A stretch of DNA of 64,000 nucleotides, taken from the NCBI GenBank assembly GCA_963728665.1, contig CAVSLG010000021.1, positions 7,158 to 71,157 of the forward strand, in the 5' to 3' direction. The translations under genes and the position numbers were made by a program. The notes under the pieces are model-generated. The model worked only from the letters and a program-made list of their open reading frames with translations, was not told the DNA's origin and did no database searches. Source of the stretch: an uncultured Actinomycetes bacterium. Its GTDB lineage: Bacteria; Actinomycetota; UBA4738; HRBIN12. Shown here piece by piece: positions 63,870 to 64,000 of the stretch (position 1 is the stretch's first letter; the number at the start of each line of letters is the position of its first letter).

Positions 63870-64000
63870 CCAAGGTTGGAGCGGGTGGCCCGGGTCCGAA
63901 GACTGTGACGTCCCTCGAATGGTCCCTTCGGCGCCCCACGCGGAGGGTCCAACGGGTCCGTCGATCGGGCGACTGCGCAGATCGCTGTCTCGTGCCGATG

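Noticed and set aside
1-64000. Search for CRISPR arrays, IS elements/inverted repeats, integrases, tRNA and rRNA genes.
   Set aside because: I saw no repeat-spacer periodicity, no transposase or integrase motifs in any long ORF, and no tRNA T-loop/acceptor signatures in the intergenic gaps I read. The only exact repeats found are the two short tandem duplications at 49615..49682. A tRNAscan or Infernal run could still find something I missed.

Overview
Very GC-rich window with strong GC3 bias, an actinobacterial-type chromosomal segment. It is densely packed with about 60 protein-coding genes. I found no rRNA, tRNA, CRISPR array, transposase or integrase by eye. Content, left to right: a cyanophycin synthetase (5' end off-window) convergent with a CphA-like ligase that lacks the ATP-grasp domain, with a stand-alone LigD polymerase gene between them. 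Then housekeeping and accessory genes (fasciclin lipoprotein, DEAD-box helicase, SRPBCC proteins). Then a GT4-GH5-YczE operon followed by an AmmeMemoRadiSam pair (radical SAM plus Memo-like, no AMMECR1). Then secreted beta-propeller proteins, dodecin, a P2-type ATPase, and DmdA/GcvT-like and BHMT-like methyl-transfer genes. A long minus-strand gene string follows: MFS, GT4, SulP-STAS-cNMP-binding transporter, RqlH-type RecQ/ComF helicase, class III cyclase-STAND-TPR. Next is an HD-GYP/LuxR regulator and an eight-gene, translationally coupled molybdo-hydroxylase cluster (6-hydroxynicotinate-reductase-like, UPF0280, DUF1185, enamidase-like). After it comes a 358-nt structured intergenic region, then a multicopper oxidase-YHS-cyclase operon and an MFS-cNMP-binding fusion. 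A gene-decay patch includes a cyclase-STAND gene broken by four frameshifts. The window ends with an actinobacterial stress cluster (CBS, Lys-rich protein, ElaB-like, holin-X, DUF3618) and a small RTX-like secreted protein. All functions are inferred from motifs I recognise in the translations; no database search was run. The best candidates for something new are the N-heterocycle cluster with three uncharacterised partners, the repeated pairing of cyclases with cNMP-binding transporters, the copper oxidase-YHS-cyclase operon, the G-domain-less CphA paralog and the unassigned structured RNA region.
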